From NCBI GenBank assembly GCA_023247795.1, contig JAHFFT010000005.1, forward strand, positions 8,764 through 72,763: a DNA stretch of 64,000 nucleotides. The letters run 5' to 3'. Of the stretch, positions 19,243 through 29,435 are shown piece after piece. A program made the position numbers and the translations under genes. The notes under the pieces were generated by a model. The model was not told the DNA's origin, made no database searches, and saw only the letters and a program-made list of their open reading frames with translations. How positions within the stretch are numbered: the first letter of the stretch is position 1; each line of letters starts with the position of its first letter. This stretch comes from Candidatus Omnitrophota bacterium (GTDB lineage: Bacteria; Omnitrophota; Gorgyraeia; Zapsychrales; JANLHA01).

Positions 19243-20916
19243 ATGCTGTCGCAACTCACAATTCAAAATTTTGGCCTGATCAAACGAATCGTCCTCGAAC
19301 TGGATTCGCGCCTTAATATCCTGACCGGAGAGACTGGCGCCGGGAAGTCCATCATCATCGAAGGACTGCGTTTTGCTCTGGGAGAGCGCATCAAATCTTC
19401 ACCTCTGCGTGAACAAGACAAGCCCTGCCTGGTCGAGGTGGTCTTTGATCTCAACGGGACCTCGCTCAAAAACCACGAACTTCTCAAAGACCACTTACCA
19501 GATGGTGAAAAAGTTCTCATTCTCCAGCGTCAATATTTTTCCGACGGCCGTAACAAAATAAAGGTCAATGGTTCAACCTTGACTCTCTCGCAACTGAAAA
19601 GCCTTGGCGATCTGCTCGTTGATTTTCACGGCCCCAATGACCATCAACGGCTTTTGATGACCAGCTCACATATCGAAATGCTTGACCGCTTGACCCATTT
19701 TGACCGCGAGCTCGCGGCTTACCAAAAATCATTCCAACATTTTCTGGAATTGAAAAAAAAACAGTCCCACCTGCAAGAATTATCACAATCCCGTGAACGC
19801 GATTTGGACATCCTCAAATTTCAAGTCAGAGAATTGGAACAAGTGCGCCTGACGGATGATGAACACACCTCCCTTTTGGATCAACAGACAAAAATCGATC
19901 ATGCTGAAAAACTCTTCGAGGAGATCAACGAACTCCAACAGATCCTTGATGGATCAGAGTTGAATCTTTCCGAATTGATTCAAAAAGCCTTTGCCCCTAT
20001 CAAGACAATTGCCGGGATCGATGAGAAAACCGCTCACTGGCAAGACTATCTGCAAAACATCCAACAGAATGCCGAATCCCTGCTCGGAGAAATCCGCGCT
20101 TATCAAGAGCAACTTTCCTTTCAGCCACAAGAGGCGCAAGCTGTCATCCAAAAAGTCGATCTCTATGACCTGCTCTTAAAAAAATACGGACCAACGATTC
20201 CGCAGGCCCAAAATTTCTACACGCAAGCAAAAGAAAAACTTGGCCTGCTCGTTGATTTTGAACACAATGATCAGGAACTGCAAAATCAAATCAGCAAAAC
20301 CAAAGAAGAATTGCGCGCTCTAGCCCTGGCATTGACCCAGTTTAGAAAAAAATCAGCAAAGGAACTCAAAAAAATCGTTATTCAAGAACTTCACGATCTG
20401 GGTTTCGAACACATTGATTTTGAAATTAAATTCGAAGAAATCGATTTTCAAGACACGGGACACGACCGGGTTGTTTTTTACATCAGCCCCAACGCCGGTG
20501 AACCTTTAAAACCACTCTCGGAAATCGTATCCTCCGGAGAAGCAGCACGATTGATGTTGGCCTTAAAAAAAGCGCTCACCAAAGTTGATCCCATTGCGGT
20601 CCTGGTCTTTGATGAAATCGACGCCCAGATTGGCGGCCGGCTTGGCACGATCACCGGGAAAAAACTGAAAAGCCTTGCCCAAGACCGTCAAATTGTGCTC
20701 ATCACTCACCTTCCCCAGATCGCTTCCTTTGCCGACTGCCATTTCAAAGTTGAAAAATCCGTGATCAAAGGACGCACCGTAACATCCATTATTTGTTTGA
20801 ACAACAAAGAACGCGTCCAAGAATTGAGCCTCATGATGGGCAGCGCTCGTGACCAAGACCAACGCATTGCAAGAAACCATGCCGAAAGCATGCTTGAACA
20901 GGCGCAAAAGGCTTAA
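19243..20916 (+). CDS. recN: DNA repair protein RecN
   Basis: The protein starts MLSQLTIQNFGLIKRIVLELDSRLNILTGETGAGKSII, has a central coiled coil, and ends in an SMC-like C-terminus. It is 557 aa. Confidence 0.85.
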   Translation: MLSQLTIQNFGLIKRIVLELDSRLNILTGETGAGKSIIIEGLRFALGERIKSSPLREQDKPCLVEVVFDLNGTSLKNHELLKDHLPDGEKVLILQRQYFSDGRNKIKVNGSTLTLSQLKSLGDLLVDFHGPNDHQRLLMTSSHIEMLDRLTHFDRELAAYQKSFQHFLELKKKQSHLQELSQSRERDLDILKFQVRELEQVRLTDDEHTSLLDQQTKIDHAEKLFEEINELQQILDGSELNLSELIQKAFAPIKTIAGIDEKTAHWQDYLQNIQQNAESLLGEIRAYQEQLSFQPQEAQAVIQKVDLYDLLLKKYGPTIPQAQNFYTQAKEKLGLLVDFEHNDQELQNQISKTKEELRALALALTQFRKKSAKELKKIVIQELHDLGFEHIDFEIKFEEIDFQDTGHDRVVFYISPNAGEPLKPLSEIVSSGEAARLMLALKKALTKVDPIAVLVFDEIDAQIGGRLGTITGKKLKSLAQDRQIVLITHLPQIASFADCHFKVEKSVIKGRTVTSIICLNNKERVQELSLMMGSARDQDQRIARNHAESMLEQAQKA

Positions 20917-21037
20917 TTTCTTAAATCTAGCGATTGCGATGGAAAAAAGAATATGCTAATGTGTACTTACATTTGCGTTTGTTTCTTGTTCAAAAAATAA
21001 TTTTACTTATTCGCGTTCCAACTAAAGGAGTTACCTG

Positions 21038-22243
21038 ATGAAAAACATTGGACTGATCACCAGCGGCGGAGATTGCGGTGGATTGAATGCCGTGATTAAA
21101 GGGGCCGCCCTCATGGCACTCAATCAAGGGCTCTCCTGTTTTATGATTTCCAACGGTTATGCGGGATTGTATAACCTCATTGACTTTGAGAAACTGGTCG
21201 AGCTAACGCCCCGACGTTTGGATCAAATTGACCTTAATCTCGCCGGGTCAGAGGCTGGCCACTCCCGAGTCAAAATCAGTAAAATCGATGACAAAAATAA
21301 ATACCAACGCATCAAAGAAGGCCTTAAGAAATTCAAAATCGACGGACTAGTGATCAGCGGCGGTGATGATACCGGCAGTGTGATCGTCGATCTGGCGAAA
21401 AATGGAATTCCCTGTGTGCACGCGCCCAAGACCATGGACCTGGATCTACAGACTTATTCCGTCGGCGGCGACTCCACGATCAGCCGCATCAGCACGTTTG
21501 CCGAAGACCTGAAAACAACCGGAATCACCCACAACCGGATCATTGTCTTGGAAGTGTTTGGTCGCTACGCCGGCCATACCGCTTTTCGCGGTGGGGTTGG
21601 GGCAGACGCGGACGCGGTCTTGATACCAGAGATTCCAGTTGATTTTGACATCCTCTATCAAAACGTGAAACAAAAATTCATAACGCGGGTTGAAAACAGT
21701 GACACCTTCACCGGGACTTATCTGATCATTGTCGCCGAAGGCTTAAAAGACGCCAGTGGTTCCGAAATTTTTGATGAATCCGTTGGGGTTGATACCTTTG
21801 GACATAAGCGTTTGGCAGGAGCAGGCAAATTTGTTACACAGGAATTGACCAAGCGGTTTAAAAAAGACCCTGACATCCTCAACTTCATGAAAAAGACAAA
21901 AATGTACGTTAAAGGCATTTACGAAATCCCGGAAGTGCGCGCGGTAACACCAGGGCATTTGGTGCGTTGCGGCCACACCTCTCCTTATGATGCCAATTTT
22001 GGAAAAGAAGTCGGCGGGGCCGCGATCCTGCTCCTACTCAAAGGATTGAGCGGTGTGACTGTCGTTGGAGTTGATGGAAACACGATTCAATATCTACCAA
22101 CTCAGGAAGCGATCAAGCAGCGTTTTGTCAACTCGGATTTGATTTCTTACCACGAGCAGCTAGGGATGTGCTTCGGCCGTCAGCCACAAAAAAGCAAATT
22201 GCGCTTTGAGCAGGTAAATGGTTACATCCATAGACATTTATAA
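21038..22243 (+). CDS. pfk: 6-phosphofructokinase, probably PPi-dependent
   Basis: The N-terminus reads GLITSGGDCGGLNAVIKGA. The motif is GGDDTGS rather than GGDGS and is followed by PKTMDLDL. A Shine-Dalgarno sequence AAAGGAG lies 7 nt upstream of the ATG. Confidence 0.75.
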   Translation: MKNIGLITSGGDCGGLNAVIKGAALMALNQGLSCFMISNGYAGLYNLIDFEKLVELTPRRLDQIDLNLAGSEAGHSRVKISKIDDKNKYQRIKEGLKKFKIDGLVISGGDDTGSVIVDLAKNGIPCVHAPKTMDLDLQTYSVGGDSTISRISTFAEDLKTTGITHNRIIVLEVFGRYAGHTAFRGGVGADADAVLIPEIPVDFDILYQNVKQKFITRVENSDTFTGTYLIIVAEGLKDASGSEIFDESVGVDTFGHKRLAGAGKFVTQELTKRFKKDPDILNFMKKTKMYVKGIYEIPEVRAVTPGHLVRCGHTSPYDANFGKEVGGAAILLLLKGLSGVTVVGVDGNTIQYLPTQEAIKQRFVNSDLISYHEQLGMCFGRQPQKSKLRFEQVNGYIHRHL

Positions 22244-22427
22244 TAATGCACCTTGAACGAATCAACCAGTCGTCTTAATGTTCTATCCAAAGAGAACTGC
22301 AAGCGTATTAAACACTTTCAGAAATGGTTAGTGCTGTTGCTCTACACGCCTTGTTTCACTACAGGGGACGGCTTACGAAGTAAATTTAATATCTGAATCT
22401 TGTTGAAACTATAAAAAAGCAATCCTT

Positions 22428-23456
22428 ATGAATCAACCCAAATCTTTAGCCGATCAACCCATTATCCTCATCTACACTATGACCGCTGGGTTAGGGGATT
22501 ACTTGGTCCTAGGGGATTTGTTGCATAAGGCAAAATTGCTTTTACCCCAAGCAGAGTGTCTCTTGATACACAGAGCCAATTCCCATGTTTCGCATTGGCC
22601 ATATGGAAATTATCGGAATGTATTTTTTAATGTTTATTCATTGACTGAAATGTTGCGCCTGGCAGGAATTTTATTAAACTACCGACGTCGAGGGTATGTG
22701 GTCTTTGGATTGCAAATGGCACCTGGATCCTTGCAGGGATTCCTCTTACATCGTTGCCTTAAATCGATCCGGGGCTTGGACTATATTGTAGATTCCAATT
22801 TAATCAATGCAGATTTAGTTGTCCCTGCACGAGGCAATTATATTTTAGAGAGGCATTTAAACCAGTTGGCGGATTTGTTGAATGTCGGAATTCCTTCTAA
22901 TTATTACCGACTCAACTTACCTTTATCTGACTTTAAAGGACATTCCATAGTGAGACCCACAGGACGCCGCCTAGTCGGTATCCATCCCTGGAGCCGCCGG
23001 GACTCCTATTCGTTTTTCTGGTCTTTGGACAATTGGATTAAAGTCATTGAGAATTTACTTCGCCACGAGGATGTGGATTGCGTCTTTTTTGGGAAGGATG
23101 TAAAATTTCAGGAATTCGCGGATTGCTTGCGCCGCAAATTTGTTGGCGCCCAAAAGCGCTTTCATTTTGTTCCCTCCCAATCGATTGAACATCTGAGCAG
23201 AACAATTGCGGATGTGGATGTCGTATTGTCGGTCAATACGGCGATCGTTCACATAGCCTATGCGTTAAATAAAAAAATGGTTATTTTAAGCGGCCCCTCA
23301 CTGGATGAGTGGAATCCGCGTGGCGATCATATTCGTATCGTGAGAGATCGTCAAGCGTTACTAACAGGAGCAGATAGACCCAATCCCGACGAGCGTCTGC
23401 CACAAGTCACCAGAATCAAGGTTCAAGATGTCCTTGATGCCTTTGAATCTCTTTAA
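22428..23456 (+). CDS. Family-9 glycosyltransferase (heptosyltransferase-like)
   Basis: The protein contains TAGLGDYLVLGDLL and a later IHPWSRRDSY...VFFG segment, typical of GT9 ADP-heptose transferases. Confidence 0.5.
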   Translation: MNQPKSLADQPIILIYTMTAGLGDYLVLGDLLHKAKLLLPQAECLLIHRANSHVSHWPYGNYRNVFFNVYSLTEMLRLAGILLNYRRRGYVVFGLQMAPGSLQGFLLHRCLKSIRGLDYIVDSNLINADLVVPARGNYILERHLNQLADLLNVGIPSNYYRLNLPLSDFKGHSIVRPTGRRLVGIHPWSRRDSYSFFWSLDNWIKVIENLLRHEDVDCVFFGKDVKFQEFADCLRRKFVGAQKRFHFVPSQSIEHLSRTIADVDVVLSVNTAIVHIAYALNKKMVILSGPSLDEWNPRGDHIRIVRDRQALLTGADRPNPDERLPQVTRIKVQDVLDAFESL

Positions 23457-23479
23457 ACTGGCGTTCCCAACCCCTCACT

Positions 23480-23570
23480 CCTTTGTATTGTAGGCGAAAA
23501 TTTGCGGAAATCATTTGATGTCCGCGCATATTTTTAAATCTTGATCAAACGCACCAATCGGATTACCGAT
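23480..23570 (-). pseudogene. 3' remnant of a GT2 gene, a degraded paralog of the 3' end of the gene at 25815..26573
   Basis: Positions 23500-23580 match 26020-26085 and 26562-26580 at the nucleotide level (catttgatgtc.gcgcatatttt.aa.tcttg.caaa.gcaccaatc.gatt...gattaccgatcattggcc). No intact ORF is present. Confidence 0.4.
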
Positions 23571-24850
23571 CATTGGCCCAATATGCTCTCTTTTGCACTT
23601 AGCTGTTGTTTTGATAAAATCTGAGAGTACAGCTTCGTATAGCGCCGCGCTTGCAATTCTAAAGAAAAATGGTCTTCGCATTTCTTCCTGGCTTGCTCAC
23701 GCAACCTTACCTGACGGGCTTTGTCCTCAAGGACCCAGGCAATACCACGCGCGATATCCTCGACCTCGTAGGGCTTGGCTAAGTAGCCATTAACCTGATG
23801 ATCGACCATATCGGGGACACCGCCGATTTTAAACGCAACGACCGGCGTGCCGCACGATAAAGATTCCATCACGACAAATGGCAAATTTTCCTGCAAGGAC
23901 AACAAAAGTGTAACATCGACCGCGCCGTATAACGAAACAATCGCGGGTTCAGATCTCACGGTTCCCAAATAATGGATGGGAAATCCAAAATCGAGATCAC
24001 GCCCCGATTTCCGAGAGCCCATGATGACAAACTCTAAATCCTCTATCTTCTGCTTAGCTAAATTCTTTAAAACGGGTTTTAAAAACTGAAGACCTTTGTT
24101 AGCATCTTTACTGAGACCCATGGCTCCAAAAAGAACAAGTTTTTTATTTTGCGGCAGATTCAGTTTTGCGCGTGCCAACGAAATATCCGTTGGTTGGTAC
24201 AATTTCGTATCGATCCCGTTTGGTATCACCGTCACGTCAAAATCTTTAAATAACGAACTTAGCCGAGCGCATCCCGCTAGCCATTGGCTGGGAGCAACGA
24301 CTTGAATATTTAATTCTTTGAAGGCCTTTTCCTTTCGCTTCCAAATCCTGTTCGAAAGATCACCGGAGTAAGAACTTCCTAATTGTGGGCAGCTTCCACA
24401 GGCGCTTTGATACCGTTTGCAATCAAACGGCAGATGGCAGCCCCCAGTAAATGCCCACGAATCATGCAGGGTCCAAAGAATAGGTTTTCTGATCTTAGCA
24501 ATCTGTTCAATGCTGATCGAACCGTGAGCAATCCAATGCAAATGAACAATGTCCGGACCTATCGTATTGATAAGCGAATTGATTTGGGTAGGAACCACGG
24601 CTGGGGAAAAAATTGTTCTTTGTCGTTGAGGATAAAGCAAAAGCGGAAGCTTATCCAGCAGCGTAAAAAATAAAGCAACAACGTTTGTAAAATACGGCCA
24701 TAAGGAAATGATTTCACTATTTGTTGATGAACGAAAATTCGTCAAATACGTAACATCAACACCATGCCCCAACAAGCCATCATATAATCGATGGGCGGCC
24801 CGGGCAGCGCCCCCTTTGGATTCAATCGCGCTAACAATCAATACTTTCAT
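23570..24850 (-). CDS. Family-4 glycosyltransferase (paralog 1)
   Basis: The 426-aa protein starts MKVLIVSAIESKGGAARAAHRLYDGLL and has a GT-B C-terminal domain. It is about 85% identical at the protein level to the ORF at 26593..27900. Confidence 0.7.
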   Translation of the reverse strand: MKVLIVSAIESKGGAARAAHRLYDGLLGHGVDVTYLTNFRSSTNSEIISLWPYFTNVVALFFTLLDKLPLLLYPQRQRTIFSPAVVPTQINSLINTIGPDIVHLHWIAHGSISIEQIAKIRKPILWTLHDSWAFTGGCHLPFDCKRYQSACGSCPQLGSSYSGDLSNRIWKRKEKAFKELNIQVVAPSQWLAGCARLSSLFKDFDVTVIPNGIDTKLYQPTDISLARAKLNLPQNKKLVLFGAMGLSKDANKGLQFLKPVLKNLAKQKIEDLEFVIMGSRKSGRDLDFGFPIHYLGTVRSEPAIVSLYGAVDVTLLLSLQENLPFVVMESLSCGTPVVAFKIGGVPDMVDHQVNGYLAKPYEVEDIARGIAWVLEDKARQVRLREQARKKCEDHFSLELQARRYTKLYSQILSKQQLSAKESILGQ

Positions 24851-25093
24851 CTATGAAAAAAGTTGTTTTAAGTACAGTTGGAAATCTCTTCTCTCCCGAT
24901 ATTTGAACGTTATCGGTGGAGGCCATCTTGTGATTGATGTGTATCTTTTGTTATCAGAGGCCCAAATGCAGTGCAAAAAATTAATTGGTTACACGGGTCT
25001 CGTTGACAAAATAAAATTTTTGCAACAAACTGTCGCCATTGGGCCATAACTTTCTTATCGAAAATTTTCCTGGAAAACGTCTTATAATCCTTA

Positions 25094-25798
25094 TTAGGCA
25101 TTCTTAACGCTTACTATATAATCTGCAAAACCTAACACATCCCAAAATACACCTCCATCAATCTTATGAAAACAATAAATTGAATTGATCAAATATAATG
25201 GCAAGAGCATTATTCTTTTCCAAGACCTTCGAGCGCCATATTGTAACGTCCTACAATCACTTTCATTAATCAATGAAACTATTTTCATTGTGTCCGGAAC
25301 ACATATGTGGCTGGGGTCATCATGAAAATTAAGTGATGATTGAAAGAAAGGGGGGCGCATTCGCGGCAAAAAAGCGCTTTTCTGACTTGGGTATTCAAGG
25401 TATAAAAACCCTCCTTTTTTCAATTTTTTTATAAGCCCTTTTATAACGTCCAACGGATGCCGTAGATGCTCAATAACATGAACCACCAAAATGCAATCAA
25501 AATAATTATTAGGCAACATCTTTAATTCAGACAAATTGTCCAAATTAATTTTAAAAAATTTGTTCATCAAAGAAAAATCATCGTCGTCCAGGTTATATGA
25601 TAAGCTTCGATCGACCCCCAAATATTGAATTTCCGGAAAGTATCTTTTAAATTTAGACGGCGCATGATTACCACAACCAACATCCAATACAAAGCCCGTT
25701 GAAATCAAATATTTTTGCATTTTTTCAATATAAAAAGGTTTTTTAAAATAATTTAAAAAAATCTTATTAATTAAATGTTTCGCATTTTTTATAAACAT
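25094..25798 (-). CDS. Class I SAM-dependent methyltransferase
   Basis: The motifs are LDVGCGNHAP (motif I) and a later ILVVHVIEHL. Confidence 0.6.
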   Translation of the reverse strand: MFIKNAKHLINKIFLNYFKKPFYIEKMQKYLISTGFVLDVGCGNHAPSKFKRYFPEIQYLGVDRSLSYNLDDDDFSLMNKFFKINLDNLSELKMLPNNYFDCILVVHVIEHLRHPLDVIKGLIKKLKKGGFLYLEYPSQKSAFLPRMRPPFFQSSLNFHDDPSHICVPDTMKIVSLINESDCRTLQYGARRSWKRIMLLPLYLINSIYCFHKIDGGVFWDVLGFADYIVSVKNA

Positions 25799-25814
25799 CT
25801 GAAATTTTCAAGTC

Positions 25815-26573
25815 TTATCGTTTTAAAAAAAAATGAATATTGCGCCATAGAGCATAGAATAGATAATGAAGGAATTCACCTAAGGAACAATACTTTAAAA
25901 AAATCTTCAATTTCTCTCTTATCAACATAACTTTCTCCCGATAGCTGACTCCTTGAGAATTGAAATACGCGATATTCATCGGAAGATGAGTCATTTTAAT
26001 ATTGTAAGAAAAAGTTTGTACAAACCATTTGATGTCAGCGCATATTTTCAAATTCTTGTCAAATGCACCAATCTGATTGAAAACTTCTCTTTTTGTAAAA
26101 ACCCTTTGCTGACAAATCCCCTTTCTTAAAAATTCGAATTTATTCTCAATACTGCCTGAAAACGGCTCAAGATAATCCATCATCAGCTTTGAGGGTAAAT
26201 TTTCTAAAACAAGATCTCCGTAAACAAGCTGCCAGTGATGGTCTTCATTAAACAATTTCATGACTGATGAAATCACTGAATCAGAGAATAACCGGTCATC
26301 AGAATTAAGAAAATATAACACATCCCCCGTTGCAACACGTAGCCCCTTATTCATGGCATCATAAATGCCCTCGTCTCGCTCCGAGACAACCTTAGAAATA
26401 TTTATTCTATATCTTTCAATGATCTCCAGCGTTCTGTCCGTTGAGGCTCCATCGATGATGATATATTCAATATTTTGATAAGCCTGCGATAGGACCGATT
26501 GGATAGTCGCCTCAATGGTATTCTGGGCGTTTAAGCAAACAGTGATGATAGAAACTTTCAGATTACCGATCAT
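25815..26573 (-). CDS. Family-2 glycosyltransferase
   Basis: The protein has VSIITVCLNAQNTIEATIQSVLSQ, IIIDGASTD and FLNSDD, a GT-A DxD pattern. Confidence 0.7.
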   Translation of the reverse strand: MIGNLKVSIITVCLNAQNTIEATIQSVLSQAYQNIEYIIIDGASTDRTLEIIERYRINISKVVSERDEGIYDAMNKGLRVATGDVLYFLNSDDRLFSDSVISSVMKLFNEDHHWQLVYGDLVLENLPSKLMMDYLEPFSGSIENKFEFLRKGICQQRVFTKREVFNQIGAFDKNLKICADIKWFVQTFSYNIKMTHLPMNIAYFNSQGVSYREKVMLIREKLKIFLKYCSLGEFLHYLFYALWRNIHFFLKR

Positions 26574-26592
26574 TGGCCAAATGTACTTTCTC

Positions 26593-27900
26593 TTATTGTT
26601 GCGGTTGTTTTGATAACACTTGCTTGTACAGCTTCGTATAGCGCTGTGCTTGCAGTTCTAAAGAAAAATGATCTTCGCATTTTTTCCTGGCTTGCTCGCG
26701 CAACTTTTCCTGACGTATTTTGTCCTCGAGGACCCAGGCAATACCCCGCGCGATATCCTCGACCTCATAAGGTTTAGCTAAGTAACCATTGACCTGATGA
26801 TCGACCATATCGGGGACACCGCCGATTTCAAACGCGACGACCGGCGTACCGCACGATAAAGATTCCATCACGGCATAGGGAAGATTTTCCTGCAAGGACA
26901 ACAAAAGTGTAGCATCAACCGCGCCGTATAGCGAAGCAATCGTGGGTTCAGATTTCAGGGTTCCCAAATAGTGGATAGGAAATCCAAAATCAGAGTCACG
27001 CCCCGATTTACGTGAACCCATAATGACAAATTCTAAATCCTTCATTTTTTGCTTAGCTAAATGCCCTAAGACGGGCTTTAAAAACTGTAGACCTTTGTTG
27101 GCATCTTTACTGAGGCCCATGGCTCCAAAAAGAACAAGCTTTTTATTTTGCGGCAGATTCAATTTTGCACGTGTCGATGAAAGATCCATTGGTTGATACA
27201 ATTTCGTATCAATCCCGTTTGGTATCACCGTCACATCCAAATTTTTAAATAATGAACTTGTCTGGGCGCATCCCGCGAGCCACCGGCTGGGAGCAACGAT
27301 CTGAAGATTTAATTCTTTGAAAGCATTTTCCTTTCGCTTCCAAATCCTGTTCGATAAATCCTCTGGGGCATCACTTCCTAATTGAGGGCAACATCCACAA
27401 GCGCTTTGATACCGTTTGCAAACAAATGGCAAATGACATCCTCCGGTAAAGGCCCAAGAGTCATGCAGGGTCCAGACAATCGGTCTTTTGATTTTAGCAA
27501 TCTGCTCAATGCTGATCGAACCATGAGCAATCCAGTGAAGATGAACAATGTCTGGATTTATTTTATTGATGAGCGAATTGATTCGAGTAGGAATCACCGC
27601 TGGAGAAAAAACACCCTTTCGCCGATGAGGATAAAACAAAAGTGGCAGCTTATCCACCAACAAAAAAAATAAAGCAACCCCGTTTGTAACGTACGGCCAC
27701 AAGGAAATGATTTCTCTATTTGTTGACGAACGAAAATTCGTCAAATATTTCACATCAACACTCCGCCTCAACAAGTCATCATATAATCGATGGGCAGCCC
27801 GGGAGGCACCCCCTTTGGATTCAATAGCGCTAACAATCAATATTTTCATCAATGAAGAAAAAATTGGTTTAAATGCCTTTGAAAATCTTCTCTCCCCCAA
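26593..27900 (-). CDS. Family-4 glycosyltransferase (paralog 2)
   Basis: The 435-aa protein is about 85% identical at the protein level and about 88% at the nucleotide level to 23570..24850. Confidence 0.7.
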   Translation of the reverse strand: MGERRFSKAFKPIFSSLMKILIVSAIESKGGASRAAHRLYDDLLRRSVDVKYLTNFRSSTNREIISLWPYVTNGVALFFLLVDKLPLLFYPHRRKGVFSPAVIPTRINSLINKINPDIVHLHWIAHGSISIEQIAKIKRPIVWTLHDSWAFTGGCHLPFVCKRYQSACGCCPQLGSDAPEDLSNRIWKRKENAFKELNLQIVAPSRWLAGCAQTSSLFKNLDVTVIPNGIDTKLYQPMDLSSTRAKLNLPQNKKLVLFGAMGLSKDANKGLQFLKPVLGHLAKQKMKDLEFVIMGSRKSGRDSDFGFPIHYLGTLKSEPTIASLYGAVDATLLLSLQENLPYAVMESLSCGTPVVAFEIGGVPDMVDHQVNGYLAKPYEVEDIARGIAWVLEDKIRQEKLREQARKKCEDHFSLELQAQRYTKLYKQVLSKQPQQ

Positions 27901-28847
27901 TCCCTGATCACAATCCGGGGTATCTGATAAATATCGCTCCAGCTATGAACCTGCCAGTAAAAACTGGTCGTTGCCATCTCAAATCCGATTTTTTTTACAA
28001 TTTCAACACTTTTTTCGTCATAGTCTTCCCGATTCCCGTAGGGATAAGAAAAATGGATGATTTTTTGACCCGTCAAATTCTCCAAAATCGATTTGGATTT
28101 TTGGATTTCATCAAACTGCTCTTGATAAGACACCATCGACAAGGGCACGTGATTGTGCGTATGAGTTCCGATCACCGCTGATTTTGACTTGCTCATCTTT
28201 TGTATATCCTCAACCGACATTGATCGATGTGTGGATCTTCCCTCACGCGGCAACCCAGCCCAAGTGCATAATTGCTGAATAATCTCCTCACGGCTGTCCG
28301 GCCTTTGCTTTTTCACAATAGGGTGCAGCGCAAAATAAACCGACCTCATGGCTTCGAAATTCTGAATGGAAAAGGAATGCATCCGATCACCAAGACTGAG
28401 TTTTAATTCCGATGGAAGCGGTCGACCCTGTAAAAAAATTCGTTCCAAGTCATCCCACCAGAATTCCCGTTCGGTACCGATATTAGCAGTGGCAATATAA
28501 AATAACGCCTGAACATTTAAAGATTCCAAAACCGGCAAAACCTGTTGGTAGTTGTCAGCATAACCATCATCAAAGGTGAGGATCAGGCTTTTTGAAGGAA
28601 ACCGTTTTCTTCCTTTTAGATTTTCTTTAAATTCATCGATATCCAGAATATGATAGACCTTTTTTAGATGTTCGACCTGCTGATAAAAATTTTGCACTGT
28701 TACACGGAGCTGCTGTGGATCATTCTGCAAATCTGTCACGCGGTGATAAAGCAGGGCACACGCGGGCGGGTCAAGCAAATTTGAAACGCGGCGAGTTGCT
28801 TTTCCCAGTAAACCTTTTAACTCCTTCGCTACTTTCTGAATAACCAT
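27849..28847 (-). CDS. Polysaccharide deacetylase (CE4/NodB family)
   Basis: The protein has LTFDDGYADNY, a HTHNHV His motif, and FSYPYGN. Confidence 0.7.
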   Translation of the reverse strand: MVIQKVAKELKGLLGKATRRVSNLLDPPACALLYHRVTDLQNDPQQLRVTVQNFYQQVEHLKKVYHILDIDEFKENLKGRKRFPSKSLILTFDDGYADNYQQVLPVLESLNVQALFYIATANIGTEREFWWDDLERIFLQGRPLPSELKLSLGDRMHSFSIQNFEAMRSVYFALHPIVKKQRPDSREEIIQQLCTWAGLPREGRSTHRSMSVEDIQKMSKSKSAVIGTHTHNHVPLSMVSYQEQFDEIQKSKSILENLTGQKIIHFSYPYGNREDYDEKSVEIVKKIGFEMATTSFYWQVHSWSDIYQIPRIVIRDWGREDFQRHLNQFFLH

Positions 28848-28857
28848 TGTTGTTCAG

Positions 28858-29275
28858 CCTTCTCGATAGGCAAAAATGCTAATCTTTAAATCTATCTTCA
28901 AGCCCTGGCTTCTATAAAAAAACGGGCACTCGCGCGTATCAACACTCTGGAAATAATACCGGAATCATTTCTTGATTGGCTTTCCCCAAAAAACACCAAA
29001 TAATTTTCTTAAAAACTGCGCCGCCACTGATGTTATTGTCTTTCATATTCATCTGATAACTCTTAAAATTTTTTGTCGGCTTCAGAAACTTTTATCCTCA
29101 CATTTGGATACAAAGTTTTGCAATACAAACAATTTATTCCCATATTGGCCAACGATCGTAAAGTACCGAAATCTGTCGGTCAGCCGCGGATTTCTAAATT
29201 AGCTCAAAAAATTTCTCTGAATTATCAAATGACCAAAGGTCAATCCGAAACGGCCTCCAATGTTTCGAAAATCGA
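28858..29275 (-). pseudogene. Degenerate 3' fragment of an FkbM-family methyltransferase gene, paralogous to 31025..31834
   Basis: The nucleotide sequence is similar to 31029-31680, for example caaaaatg.taatct.aaatc.atcttcaa and the ataataccggaatc block. The reading frame is disrupted by frameshifts and stops, and only short spurious ORFs remain. Confidence 0.5.
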
Positions 29276-29435
29276 ACTACTTCCCTTGCATTTTCCCTGA
29301 TACCCCCAAAATCTTGTAGGCATATCATAAATGTGTAAAAAAATAAATTGCTACTCAAGCGCACCTGTGTCTAATATTTTTCTCCCAATGATATTTTCAC
29401 TGATGTCTTTCAATCCACTTCACTCGATAAGACAA

